A stretch of DNA of 64,000 nucleotides from Raillietiella orientalis (lineage: Eukaryota): positions 3,596,001 through 3,660,000 of the forward strand of contig JAYWIR010000015.1 of assembly GCA_036172245.1 (NCBI GenBank), in the 5' to 3' direction. Below, one piece after another: positions 1 through 14,602 of the stretch. The position numbers were made by a program, and so were the translations under genes. The notes under the pieces were generated by a model that saw only the letters and a program-made list of their open reading frames with translations, did not search any database and was not told where the DNA came from. Positions within the stretch are counted from its first letter, which is position 1. Each line of letters opens with the position of its first letter.

Positions 1-982
<982 letters not shown>

Positions 983-2766
983 ATAAATTCTGCCTGTAGT
1001 CAAAATAAGGTACACAAACAAGAGGAACTGAATTTTTCTGGCCACCTGTTGTGATTCGACTTTGGAAAGCAAGAGTTGCTTAATAATTGTGGTGAAGATC
1101 TCTTTCTGATCAATTAATTGGATTAGCAACTTGAAAAAATAAGAAGGAAAAAGTGTTAATGCATTTTGATCTTCCCCTACCATGCTTAACAATAAAAAAT
1201 AAAAAAATAAGGTTTCGAGAAAGGGCTGATTAAATTGATCATCCCTGATGCAAAGGGATTCAATGCACAAAATGTAAGTGAATTGTGAAAGTGTCCATTT
1301 TCATCAACACATATGTGTATATTTTCTTAACTGGAGGGCATTTACATTTTTAAGGGTGTTAATGAGCCCAAGCTTTTGCACTTATGCTTCAGATGTAGCT
1401 TGGGAAAATTAAGAGAATAAAGTAGTCATATTATTGAATAACTACTATGTCTTATCGATTATTAGGTTTTCTGGACATTTCATGAACAAGGTTTGGTTAT
1501 TCGTAAAAAGGAAAAAATTTCAATTGTTTTGTCCTAGTTGTTCCTATGTTCTGCATTCTATTCTTCTTACATGTTTGCTTCATTGTTATTAGACAAATTA
1601 GGGTATTATTGTGATGAGATGAATTTTTAATTGAGAATTTTGTTACAGTTTAGGCATGCATCAAGTATGAAATATACTCTATCTGCAAATATTCTAAAGA
1701 ATAAGCTAAGGAATGGTTTCCTTATTTACTGTACTCTTGAATTTGTTATATGCTATGAAAATAATGTATTTATGTTGCATATGATCCTGGTAAGAATTAT
1801 CACTTTCCTCATGCTTGGGAAATGAGATGTGCTTTCCAATAATATTGTTAGAAAAGGTCATCTGATACTATAAAAACACTGCATTATCATCTCTACCATA
1901 TCACATTTAAGTAAAAAGTGTAATTTTTTCGTTTGCAAAAATTGAGTTACATAATAATGGTAAGTCTTGCAAGGAAAAGTACAAAGTTTGTCCTGAACTG
2001 CTGTATGTACACCGTGCTATATGTATATTTCAGTTTTTTTCTGATGTTCAAGATTTTACAATTCTGTCACTTCTTTCAGTATAATGAGATCTTTAAAAGT
2101 TGCTAAGATGGATTAATACTAATATTAGCAAGCTTCCTTAAGGTCCCTTTTCTTTATCTGATTTTACACCTTCCAGAAAGAATTTTAGGAAAGAAGTAAT
2201 TTTCAGCAGAAACTTCAGCGGAAGAAACAAGTTGGAGTTTTTATCAAAATGGGGCAGAATGCAAAATTCGGAGCAACAAAGGATTTTTACTCATTTTACT
2301 TATTGTGTGCTGCTATTCATTTTCACAGAAACTCAACAAGTGATACAAAGAATAAGCATTTGTGGGGAGCATATACAGTGGAGCTGCATTCCTTCAACAG
2401 GTTACCTGAAACTACCTTTTAAGGATGATCTGAGCTTGCTATGATAACCAGATATTTAATCTGCTGCTTACAAACATATTTAATGAAAGCTTCTACTTTC
2501 ACTAGAAAATTAAAGAATGCTAGACCTTTGAGATGTAAAATTGTAAATAAAAGCTTACGAACTTATAGATTCTGACTTTACATGACAGTGTTGCTGACTA
2601 AGATCAGATGTTATTCTGACATGCTGATATCAGTGAACTGTTAATTTATGCAAGGTCAATTAGCAATTTAGATCATGAGATTATTGAACCATGCAAAAGT
2701 ATGTGCGTGATGCCGGCTGTTTTCCGATCAAGAATTAGGAAGAGCAATTTAAAAAAATAATTTCTG

Positions 2767-5700
2767 TTAGGAGCTATAGATTTCTATTATCTTCTTGACA
2801 GCTTCCTTAGTTTCTGCATCGATATTGAGATCCTTGCATATTTCCCATTTGTTATTCCCCGTAAAGTAAACTGGTATGCTGAATACCATTCCTGATGGAA
2901 TTCCATATGTTCCTGAAATGATACATGCATTTCTAGTAAAATAGTGACCAAAAGTTACAGAATCTTCATTGTGTATAATCCGTTAACAAGGTGTAGTTCC
3001 TTATGTATTGAGCACTTGATGAAGTTGTATTTGTAATGGTAAGAAAAAAAAAGTCAAACGGGGTTTACCGATTAGAAGTTCAGTCATCATATTGGTATTT
3101 CCCCTCAAAAAGAACCATAAATTTCTTGTGGCACAAACTTCACTTTGCAAATTGTACTGATTCAAAATTGGAAAACTCAAACTGTAGCTGAGATCCAAAC
3201 AAAAATGTTTAGGAAACTCAAGAATACACTAGTTTAGTATTCCGCCGTGATATGTTTTATGAATTTTCGATGCTTATGAAAATGCAGTTTTTTATGTTTC
3301 TGTGTGGTGAGCAGCAATTATAATTACTGCGATTCATATTTTTCTTACACGGTAATAGAGATTTTATTTGAAAAACATTATTAAACACGAAATTATTCAT
3401 TACGCCTGAAGCCCTGTCACAGGTAAGAATGTGACCATTTTTGTTTGGAACATCACCTACAGACTCCTTAATTAATGAAGTATTGTGGGAACACTAACAT
3501 TTATAATTACAAAATGAGTTATGACGTCCATTGTCATTTTTCTGGAGATCTCCTTAGGTACTGAAAAAATATTTTGGAAACAAAACCAGATGGTTACAGG
3601 AAAGTAGTGGTATTCTGTCCAAAGGCACTATACCAACCACCATTTCACCCTTTTTTTTCGTATCTACAAAATAGGCTATGTATGCCCCCGCTCTTGATAA
3701 CATCAAGGCAAAGTAACCCAGGTTTGTGCCGATTGTTTTTGGTAGGGTTTCAAAAAAGCATATAGTTTGTTCCTTCATTCTACCGTTTGCTTCTTCTGCG
3801 GGCAACCTGCTTCAAGTCTCAGAATACATCGTTAGAATTCGATTTTTGCCGTAGCAATCCTGCCGCAACAACATCACGTACTGCCAAGTGTGCCAAATAC
3901 AATTTGCTTAAACCGCTCATCAAAGGCAACTTGGAAAATATCGGAGCTGGAGACACGGGATTTCCTCATTTGACCTTACATGCCGCCGCACTTTTGGAGT
4001 CGCAACCTGCCATAAACTGTGGAATTTTGTGAGGACGACAGTTGGTCGCATTCATCCACAAAACAGCCACCGCTGAGGAAACCAGAGTTCCTCGCGAGAG
4101 CTACCACCAGAAGAAAACTGGAAGCGCCGCTCAGCAAAAGCTACCATTTGCAAGAACCAGCTCGTTGTGGAATGTGTACGAATCTCAAACGAACTTTTTA
4201 GTCGGTGAGAAGTTTCCGAATGCACTGCAAAAGGAATACAGACGTTAATAATTGCAAATTCAAACGAAGTTGTCTCGGATATTACAAATCTTCGGCATTA
4301 CAAGAAATTGAATGGATCTTTGCGGAAGCACCACGTCTTAAAAAAGAAATTCTTAAGAGCACTATGAAGAATCAATAAACGAATTGCGAATTGGCTGGCA
4401 GTTTCGACTCGGATTGATTCGTTATTCTTTGTGGCTAAGAGAATTCAAGACAGGAGAAACGGAACGGACCTACGAGGAGATCGAATTCGATTTACGTTGT
4501 TGCCAGCTGAGCAAGGAAGTCCATGATTATGGTGAAGTTTAAAATACGTAGCTGCAAATGAATTATAATTTTCATGTATCGGAATGTACTGTTTCACGTC
4601 TGCAGGAATTAATTGCTGTGATATGGAAAGCGCAAACATTTAGCATGGCCTGTTGCATCGATCTTGATCTTTGTAAGTTGAGTATCAACAAGCTGTATTG
4701 GCACCTTACCATCAGAAACAACAGTTGCAGACATTGGAAATTTGTTTGCGTCGGCAACATCAGCAGCATCTTCAAACCACCAAGATTTCATTACTTCTAA
4801 ACAAGCATGTGCTTTAATCAGATGCCTCTCTTTGTTATTTCTCTGCAATGTGAATAGTTTCATTTCGATCAATTTTCAGGTTGATTTAAAGGAATAAAAT
4901 AGTACCTGTGTTTCGTTCAAAGTTTCGTTAAGTTCTACCTTCAAATCCTTCAGTCCATGTAAAATCTCTTTTATCATTCTTTTATACCAAGGTGGTCCTG
5001 TGATGGCTCCTTTGTGATCCTTTACAGTAGCTTGCGATATGTCCACATGGATCCTCTCTCCAACCAGTCCCCATATATAAACGTCGTGTATCTGCCACGG
5101 ATTCACATTAAGTTTGGGAGCTATTATGGATTTACATAATAAAAGAGGCAACTGCGACTGGGCGACAATATTGTGATGTGGTATACGGCTGAGGTGTTTC
5201 ACCAGACTACGAGTCCATACACCAGTTCGAGGGCTGATGCCTACGAATACTTTGCAAGTATCTTTCGCATAGGAATCCAAGCACTTGGCATGACACATAG
5301 CGTGACTGGATATTTTGTCTAAGGGGCTGTCAGAGAGCGAGTCCATTATGACCACGTAATCACAATTCTCAAACGCAATTTTGAGATCTGTACACACTTG
5401 AATTTTCTGTACACTAGAATTTGCGAGATCCATGAGGTCCATTCTCAGACCCTCCAAGCGTTCCCGAGATTCTCCACAGTGATAAATGTTTATGGAACCG
5501 GAAACGAAATTGTAAGTTCAATTTTAATTAACTAGGCAAGCAGCGAGCGTCTGAACTAAACGATACCTATTTTCAGTGAGCGTCCAAACACATTCCCTAT
5601 CATCACCTGGGGAAGCAATACATCACACGCTTTACTCAACGCTGCAGTTATACAAACTGTAGGTAGATTGGCATGCCTCATCAGTTGTTCACTTTGTTGA

Positions 5701-8700
5701 CTCTGCAGTTCCTACAAAATCAACACTTTTAATATTATCAATAAGCAACATCGAGGATGAAACGCCAAATTACTTGGTAACGGCGTTTATACGGAAAATG
5801 GATGTTTAGAAGCGCCATCATCCCTTTATTACAGTTTCCGTTTCGAAGGTACGGCATAAAAAATTTACGATTTGTGAATGGCTTGACACGTAGTGGGCGC
5901 AGCCAGCCGAGAGCTGTGTGGGACTGAAAGCAAAGCACGGCGGGGGGAAGGGGGGGGGGGGGACCATAGAAACTTTCGGATCTGGAAGGATGATCCATCG
6001 AGCTCTTTTGAGGAAAAGTTTCGAAAGAACTCCTGCAGATGGGAAACAGCAGTATAGCAGTGTTGGGTGAATGTAAGTAAAGCCAGTTCAAGTTTTGTCA
6101 GTAATGCATCTAGTCCATTTTCCCAAGATTGCACAGGGCTGGGAATAAACCAATTAAGGATCTGTTAGGTCACGACGATATTTCAGAAGCTGCAAGTCGA
6201 AGAGAGGCATTCGAGATTACCGAAGTCATCAACCGGTCTCATTACCTGGATGTCTTCTGACTCAGGCTTACCCTGCTTCTGAAACAGCGTCATATCCCTA
6301 TACCGGAAATCCGCCAGCACGAAAGACTTTTTAAAGCAAAAAGCAAGTACTGCCTGTGAAGGATGCTCAAATGTTTTCTTGCAGGTTCGATCGATAAGGT
6401 CTAGGATGAGGACATCAGTGGAAAATCTTTACGTGATGTGGTAATTAACCAATTTAAAAAAAAGGAACTGAGTAGAAAGTGAGATCTCTAAATAGTAAGC
6501 GTAATTCAAAAATAAAACGAATCCGTTGTCTTTCAGGCATGCCAACAGACGGAATCCTACTTCAAATTGATGTGAACATATGTAAATTATTTACTTTCGC
6601 TGCACTGAGTGTTTATCGTGCACTTTTTGTTTTCGCACTTGATTTCCAATCTTTGTATTTTAAAAGCATGGGCTGTGCAGATAAAATCTCATCTAAACAT
6701 GTGAGAGCGCTGTCAGAACAAATACACATTCATATGTTTTTTGACAACAAGGTGCAAAAGACTGGACCGGGGAAAGCTAAAAATCATAAAACAATTAATG
6801 GCAGTTTTACTGAGAATCCACCGATCTCGGTAATCTTTCACTTTAGAAACCTCAAAACTGTGAACTTAGATTTGACGTCGGGTCTTACAAAGGAAATTGA
6901 ATTCGAAACACTAAAAGGAACAAGGCGAAGAAATGTATTTCGCCGTACGAAGTGTTGATGGTATTGTATATCTATAAAATTGTGATAATTGTTTCGAATT
7001 TGTGGCAGGCTTGAACAAGTACAGACCGCCACTCTGGTACTGAATGGGTTTTGTGCACTACGAACTAGAACAGGGGACTCTGATGACAAATTCATATTCC
7101 ATCGAAAGAAGGGATTACTATCGTCACCACTGTGATGGATCAGTGCCGTTGCGACGTTTCAACTTTTTTCTTGGAATTTGTCGGCCTTCATTTGGCAGGA
7201 GCAGGTCAATTTGAGTAGCGTGGGGAACCAAGAAACGGTTGGTTTAATCTTCTACTACGCTGTTACATTGTGTCTTTTTATTTTGAGTCACGAATTCTCA
7301 TTTCACATAAGGCGCTACAATTTTCACCAGTCTCACTACTCAATTAAAGGCTCGATGCAGTCGATTAAAACTAAACGCCGGACTATCTTATATCGATGTC
7401 CGATTGAACCCTGAATACCTGCTTATTAAATAGCGTCCTCATTCTCAAATGACCTGTTGTTATGTCCAGATTACAATTCATTACATTGTAATAACCTTCT
7501 GCGTATTCTAAGAAATCACTTTCTCCGCCGATCAGAAAGTTTGTGTTGCGGTTCAGCTTCTTCCAGACTATGGGAGAAGCCTTCCTGGTCCACTTTTCTG
7601 TCCCACACAAATGCTCCACAAATTCCTAAAAGTGAAACAAATGTTGCACATTTCAGTGAGTACGTGAGTAAATACTTTGCCAGGAAAACGACGAAGAGAG
7701 GGAGAGAGGAAAAAAAAAAAAAAAAAGGGAAAAATATGGACGTGAATTTTTCAATAGTTCAAACCGAGACCTCGGAATGTCATGTGAACACATGGATGTG
7801 TTCGCCTTCCATCTACTGTTACTTGTTTTTATCCACCTCGAGCAAGTAGTAGCCCTCTATCCTTCCACGGGTCCCCTTTGATTTTTTTCCACTCATAGCG
7901 TGAATTATATGAAATGAACACGAATCTTCGTGATGTTTAATAAAAACCATTGGAAGGTGAAATGAGTGCTTTCCACGCGTGGTGGTGGAAGATGAAGACC
8001 ACCAGCACCGCCGTATCTCCGATGGAAATCCCGAAAGGGCTTATCCAGAAGGAGATCGGCGTAGGAAACTGTGGAAGAGTACAGGCCTGGAACCACCGAC
8101 ATATCCTGGGAAGGATTGAGGACAACGCCTAGGCATAAACGACGCACAGTTCCCCAAGTGTAGTGAACCTCCGTGATAATCCCAGGAGACATAAGTGAAA
8201 TAATTGGTGAAAACGGATGCACGAATACCCAGAGTAAATGATCAAAGAAAATAAATTCACTCCACCCCTTGTGGGAATTGGGGAAACGAGGGCTTTCCAA
8301 ATTTTTCGTCATTATCCACAAGTTAATGAGGCATTCTTCGCCTTTGCAAAGGGCACCCGGTTCTAACTGATTGTGGGAACGACCGGGGATTCAGTGATGC
8401 TTTCATTAATTTTACTTTCATTTTTATTTTACTGATTTTAGAATGCAAAGAAATGATGGGAGAGTTAACAAAAACTTGGTTTACAGTTTTCGATATTTAT
8501 ACCATGCGGCAATTTTTGCTTACGCTTTTTTATTGATAGCAAATCTTTTTTTGTCGTATCACAAATGATAAAGATATTTCCAGCGGAAAGGTTATAGTTG
8601 TAGGCTATGAAATATAGGCTAGTAAATATGTATATTATTTAATCCATTGCATATTTAATTTTTTTTTATGTGGCACATGGCAAGAAACACAACAATCGCA

Positions 8701-11018
8701 ACAATATCTTTCTTTCGAAGGGATCTGAAAATATGCATCGGTTCATGAATACCACGTGCGTTCTGATTATTTACAAATAAGTGATTTGTTATTTAAATTG
8801 ATTTATCATTGCAATTTTGGTGATTGGAGCTTGGATCCTAATGGAAACGTTACTTTCCTGAAAAAGTCGAGGGATTTAGTTATGGTTTTTAATATTAGGA
8901 AGCGAAAAAAAAAAAAAAAAAATCTACGAACCGGACATGCAGCACAAGAACGGAAAGACTTCCGTCTGTATTCTAAAACCAAAGTATAGAATATAAAGAA
9001 AAGAAAACAATAGTAATAAATGTGTAAATCTTTCTTATAGACTGAATATGCACTGAATTGCACTTTCAGAGTCAACTAATTGCACTGCATTACAAAGGAA
9101 TCTTTTCGAATGTTATGGGGACAGGCGTAAGGTGAAATCATTAAGTTTTCTTGGAATCAAAAGCAAATCTGGAAGCGAAAACGCTTGTAAAGTTTCTTAC
9201 ATGGGTTTTCAACACAGAGCTTTTTTTGCCTCGGATGCGATCTTAGAAACGACTGCAAGTCGTTTCATATTCGACTCATTCACTGAAAATTTCATACATT
9301 CGGATCCCTTAAAAACCACACCTCGAACAAACGTCAGGTTGAGATGGAAAAGTAATTGCCAAGTGACTGACAACTCTTACCCAAAGCTTCGAAGCCTCGA
9401 TATCCAACCTTGAGAACATACTTTTGGGGCATCCGACATACTGATTTGACCGACATCGTGATGTTCAAAGCAATGCGGAAAGAGGTGTACAGTGCAAAAT
9501 ACCAACCCTTTCGTCTTCTGGATGTATTAGCGGAATGCACTTAGTTTCGGGGGCAAGTCGCACCCATATTTGCTTAAGCCTAAAAGAATTCTCGATGAAG
9601 GAAACCATTTACTAATTTTAAAGCACATTGCTCTACCACGAATCACTCACTTTGCCCGATTACTAATCATTAAGGGAAATGCTATGCCTTACGAAATTTA
9701 ACTTCGGTCAATATCAGATTTCATGAAGCAGTTTCAGGATTCCTCGAGTGCAACGATATTGAGTTTATTAGCACTTGACTGTAAATCAAGAGCTCAGTCG
9801 ACGAAGACCTCTATTTTAAACATGAATCAGGGAGGCTGGAAGAATGGCAAATGCTCCCATCGCCAGCGTCACTCTCTGCTTCATAACTTGAGAACTGATT
9901 TTTAATAAAAAAAAAAAAAAATCGCTGCATAAAAAGCCAAAATTATATGCTCTTATGTTGATTTGGTTAAGATGAAATCCTGGATGAGTTTGCTCAAACG
10001 AAGGATTAGAAGGATGAAGCCCCAAGTGACTGGTCCCACACACAAAGAAAAAAAAACAGAAAATGAGATTTGAAGCAAAAGAAAAAAAGAGCTTTAGGAT
10101 ATCTGGACATATATATTAAAGTAAAAGGAAAAGACTATTTAGTATAGTGACTTAAGAGTAACTATCCAAATTCTTGACTATGTATGTCGTTTGGCTGAAT
10201 TTCCCGTTTAATTTTCCCGTTAAGTGTTTGCTTAAACACTTAACGATCGGAATTATTATTTTTTTCTTTGTTCCTTTTTAATTCCGTTTATAGTAGTTTA
10301 GGGGGGGGGATATAATGTCGCTCAAGGATAGTGAATGGTTCTTTATAGATTCAATTCCTGAAGATATGATAAGGACACATTTGTCTAAAGTGAGGAATAT
10401 AACCAAATAACATTCGTTCTCATAAAGCTTCTCATAAGTACTTTTACATAAACGCGAATGAGGAGTTTCACAATTATGTGTTCACAACAGCACCAGTTTC
10501 TCACTTGGTTTGCTTCGGGCAACACTGCATGGGAACAGCTTAAATCCAAAATACTTATGCCTTTGCAATATCCAAGAATACCCGAGCGAGCATCTAATCT
10601 TTGGAAAATTTTGGCAATTTACGTAATGTAGTGTGTTTTGCGAGCAAATCCCTTTGAGGTATCTCATTCATGCTACTAATCCCTCATTTTGTGGGACTGC
10701 TCCGATGACGACCACTCCAGAACTTTCCATGACGACGAAAATTATTATTTGTCTCGACATTCGTAATTTAATACTGCTGCCAGTTTAAACGAGAGCGATT
10801 CCTATTCGTATTTCCTGTTCCGGAACGCAGGTTCAGTTTACATACCATCATGCGAAATAGTTTTTCTTTTCCTCTGTACTCACTTTCCATTCACTTTCTT
10901 CCTTTACGATTTTCATTACTCGAAAGTTGGGCAAGGAATTTGCTAAGGCATCAGCAATCAGTTCAGCTTTTGCAAACATCGGGCAGCTCGAACACCCCGC
11001 GATCACGATGCACACCAT
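2767..11018 (-). CDS. MDH1B: Malate dehydrogenase 1B-like protein; exons 11018-10884, 7625-7419, 5711-5567, (5498 or 5471)-4906, 4842-4710, 2912-2767
   Basis: The N-terminus MVCIVIAGCSSCPMFAKAELIADALANSLPNFRVMKI...W/EFVEHLC...ASPIVWKKL...LIGGESDFLEYAEGYY matches the MDH1B-specific glutaredoxin-like extension. The MDH fold follows: VCITAA...GNVFG, DLMDLA, KLNVNPWQIHDVYIWG, GAITGPPWY, AHACLEVMKSWW...ATVVSDG/TYGIPSGMVFSIPVYF...WEI. Intron phases are consistent; the exon 4 acceptor is uncertain. Confidence 0.9.
3400..3946 (-). CDS. Candidate unrecognised exons inside MDH1B intron 5 (nested gene or alternative 3' end); 3946-3882, 3795-3634, 3560-3511, 3456-3400
   Basis: Four segments join in frame through GT-AG introns of 86, 73 and 54 nt: SDIFQVAFDERFKQIVFGTLG/KEANGRMKEQTICFFETLPKTIGTNLGYFALMLSRAGAYIAYFVDTKKKGEMVV/VPKEISRKMTMDVITHF/VMFQTKMVTFLPVTGLQA*. 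No homology recognised. Confidence 0.3.
7976..8287 (+). mobile_element. 5'-truncated copy (3' end) of the LINE family at 16.8-22.1 kb, inside MDH1B intron 1
   Basis: Encodes WWKMKTTSTAVSPMEIPKGLIQKEIGVGNCGRVQAWNHRHIL, versus WWKMKTTRTTISPLGILKGLIQREIGIRNCGRVQAWNYRNIL at 21.75-21.87 kb. Both end with CCACCCCTTGTGGGA...GGGAAAC. Flanked by a 12-bp target-site duplication with one mismatch: GAGTGCTTTCCA (7964-7975) and GAGGGCTTTCCA (8288-8299). Confidence 0.9.
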
Positions 11019-12339
11019 CACTTCGAAATGCACCGAACGACAAGCACCAGCCACACCTGAAACGTGCAAAAAAGAACGGATGTCTGCAATTTTCAGAATT
11101 GCCACCAATCAGCTAGGGCTAACCGATTCACTATTCTCGCTTGCCATCTGAACAGGTGATTTTTTTTTTTTTAAACAAAAACAAATGTCCACACACATCT
11201 TTCAAAAAAAGTGACTCCGGAAATCAGTTTCCTTTCTTTATCTGTAGACTTTGCGACTTCGAATGTTTTGGAATGAGTGGAAATGGAAACTATTCCTCGA
11301 TAAAAATCTATAACTCGCAGGGTAGATGGCTAATTGGGACTACAAAGCAAATGCATAATGATCCTTCGAAAAATTGAATGAGCTTTCATTTTTAAACAGC
11401 TTCTACGTGCTGTTTGATAAGCACGTGCAAACTCAACAGCATGTCATGCAGATTCATGGTGAAATTGAATATGTGAATATGGCAACCTATTCAGGATTAT
11501 GGTTTCATACCAACTTAAAGCATATTTGGTCAGTACAAGATGTGGACTGAGGACTGCAACAAGGAACAACCTTTTGGTTTCAAACTCGAATTGCGTTCAC
11601 TCCACTTTCCATCAATCCAAAAAAGATCATGGTCTGATTAGAAAAAGAAGCAGCAGTAATAGAACAATTGAGACTCATTTTCTTTATCATTACATTGCAT
11701 AAGAATTCACATCTCCATGATATCCAATGACGATATTATTTCGATAATTTGCCAAACTGATCCATCGACTGTTTGTAATCCCTTTTTACCTCAACATTCC
11801 TTGAGGCAATTCCATTGAACAAATTATCATTTTGTGTGCCGATAAGCTCATGAATTTGAAACCATGCGTCATGTGAATTAAGGAAAGCTTTAGACTGATT
11901 GATTTCAACCAATCATTAATGAAGTCTTGTTGCACTTCTCCTTCCAACCTTTACAACCATTAGTTATCATCGATCTTTTTGCCAGAATTTTCTTGCTAGA
12001 TAGTTAATTCGTTATTATTTTCGAGGGAAGGGAGGGGAAGAAGTATATTACTGTCTTTTTGGGGAGAAAGTGAGGGGGAGAGGGGGAGGGGGGAGAAGAT
12101 GTGCAGTTCATCATCACCGCAATGATTTCATATTAACGAACTTCTTTCTGCAACAGCCGATCGATGGGTGACGGTTCCAATTCTTTTCCATGGGACACCG
12201 CGTTTGTTTCCCCATCTTTGTCCTCGGTAGCTCTATCGTTTCTCACTGGGCCACGTTTGTTTTGCCATTTGCTGGGAGTGAGAGATCGGGATGGGAAGTC
12301 GATGGAGGTGGGCAGGGAGCGGAGGAGGGGAGGAAGGGG

Positions 12340-13950
12340 AAATGATTTCTCCTCTTACAATGTGGCACTCAGCCTCGCACGAACTTGTTGCTCTGCTGCC
12401 GCAGGGTGCACCTGGCGATCTGTCCTGCCGCAGCTTCGTCGACTGATTTCCCTCTTAAGGAGTCCCGTTAGGACTTGCGCGGCTGAGACCTGCAAGAATC
12501 CCCCCTCGGAGCTTTGTCCTCAGGATGAGGGCTCTCCCAACGGAGATGACATAGGGTTATCCAGGGGGCGAGAAGAGCCCTTTTCCTTGGAAGAGTCCTC
12601 GAAGGATCTCCGATCCGGACTGGTCTCTGGGACCCGCAGCCTGATTGACCGCTCCCCAGTACTGGGAGAGGGTTCTAAGGATGCACAGGTGGAATGGGAC
12701 TTCCAGGCTGCTACATGCGAGGCTCTCCTCACCTCGTGGGGTTCCTGGTTCCTCACAGGATCCTACCGTGATGAAACAGCAGGAGGCAGTCCTGAATCTC
12801 TGGCAGCAGCGGTCTCGATGGCTGGCGGGTTCAGAGTCGTTGTCCAAACCTTTCCCACGTTGTTTTCAGTGCTTCAACGGTGGCTATCTCCTGCTGGATG
12901 TGTTCCTCCGGGGTCGATTCAGGTCCTCTGAGAGCCCTGATCCTGCCAGCATTCGCGAGTCCCGTAAGGTCATCCACCCTTGCAGCCGGAGCTTGTAGTC
13001 CAGCACTTGTCTTTCTTGGGGACTCCCGCTGGTGGAAAAGTGACCCATTCATCGAAAGCGGGTTTCGTCCTCCTTCGGGAGTCAAGTCTACATGGCAGAT
13101 GGCACGCTAAGAAACAGCAGAGTGACCTCGGTACAGCTCTTCGTCCCGGAGTTCCCGGTTGGCTTTTTCGGGACCATCTCGAATCGCTTCTGCTTTGGTC
13201 TCGGTTCCTTTTCCATGAGGAATCTCCTCGGTGCCACCTTCCTGTTGACCCGGAAGTTAGGCCGTCGATCCCGTTGCGTCACCTCGCGTAGGCTCGGTGG
13301 AACACGCATGGTCGTTCGCCCCAGGCGGCTGTCTGATGAGCTGCCGCAGGTACGGAGATGGGCAGAGGTGCGTGGCCACATGGCGCATACCGGTGCCTCC
13401 CTCCTGGCGCGGCCAGTTCAGATACCCTCAGCTTCCGGCCGTCCCACACCAAGCGTCATTGGGCATTGACCAGGTGCCCGACCTCCTCTTCTGGCATGTT
13501 GAAGAGCGTCCCGAACAGGGAGTTTGGGTGGCATTCCATAGGTTGGCCTCCTCACTAAGGGAGGAATTCGCCTCTCTGTAGCCCAGGGTTTGCTATCTGA
13601 TTCTTCTGCCAGGATGCCCTCCCACTCGAGTGCCAGAGATGTGCTTCTGAACCAGCTTTTGTCTTCAGCATCACTTCTTGTCGAGCGTAAAATTCCTCCA
13701 AGAGAAGCGTCGGGCACTGATGCTGAAACCGCTATTTCTACTACCTACTGACGCTTCTCCCTACTTCCCTGCATCCACATCATTGCTGCATAAGGGGTAA
13801 ACTCGTTGCTGATTGATTGCTGTACCTAGCCTCGTGACTATGGCTACTATTTAAACTGTTTATACGATCTCTTTGATTTTGAGCAGCTCTGTTTAGAATG
13901 ATCACCATTGTTAGTAATCCATCCAGCTGCCTGTACTGCTGTTTCTTTTG
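12340..13950 (-). mobile_element. Decayed gag-like region, possibly from an LTR retrotransposon
   Basis: GC-rich block in AT-rich surroundings with broken ORFs. A frameshifted zinc-knuckle-like EC/PHCKRRNHF lies near 12345-12375. The family cannot be assigned. Confidence 0.3.
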
Positions 13951-14144
13951 CTTGTTCTACAGCATTCTATCATCTCCCTTTTCTACGGATCATAAAGGGA
14001 CTATGAAAGGATCCACATGAAAGCTCAGTCTCTGGAGCTCCGACACACTCTTGGATCTTTCTCTTTCTCGCTACCGGAGTCGAACCTCGTGTCCTGGAGC
14101 GCGGAAAGAGGTTTTGGAGTGACCCCCCCCTCCTCAGAGGCCAA

Positions 14145-14602
14145 TTTTTATTCCGCAGAGCTTTCTGATTTGACCCAAATTGCATAGTTTTCTCCCTTGA
14201 ACCCAGCTGCAAGTCACCGGTTTCACTCTTGCACTCGATTGCGAATCCCCGGTAACGACTGTTGCATTTAATTGCAAATTCCAACTAACAACTCTTATGC
14301 TGAATTCCAATTTTTTTTCTTATACTGAAATCCATTCGGTTTCCCAAACATCAGTAGGGAGGGGCAGATGGTGTTCTGTCTTTCTATGGAAACCAATGTT
14401 CAAAATACAAAAAAAAAAGATTTGATTCCGCAACGATTGTTGATGTGGTCCAAATTTGCATAGTTTTCTCCATGGATCCCAGTTGCAATTCATCGGTTTC
14501 GCTCTTCCACTTAATTGCAAATTCTAAATAATGACTCTTGCACTGAATTCCAATTCCTTGGTTTTAATTGAAATCCATCAGGTTTCCCAAACATCGGTAG
14601 GG
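14145..14602. repeat. Diverged tandem duplication, two units at about 14145-14362 and 14420-14602
   Basis: Shared collinear blocks: ATTCCGCA, TTGCATAGTTTTCTCC, TTAATTGCAAATTC, CTGAATTCCAATT, GAAATCCAT, GGTTTCCCAAACATC(A/G)GTAGGG. Confidence 0.85.

Noticed and set aside
3069..3156. YNLQSEVCATRNLWFFLRG... segment as MDH1B exon 5
   Set aside because: Phase-compatible, but 4842-4710 (AHACLEVMKSWW...VVSDG) matches MDH1B far better.
6180..6232. Box C (TGATGA) ... box D (CTGA) on the minus strand in an MDH1B intron
   Set aside because: Only about 50 nt apart, with no terminal stem and no recognisable rRNA antisense element.
8333..8351. ATTCTTCGCCTTTGCAAAG resembling U5 loop I near the truncated LINE
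   Set aside because: It lies 45 bp from the junction, the loop is not intact, and there are no stems or Sm site; probably chance.
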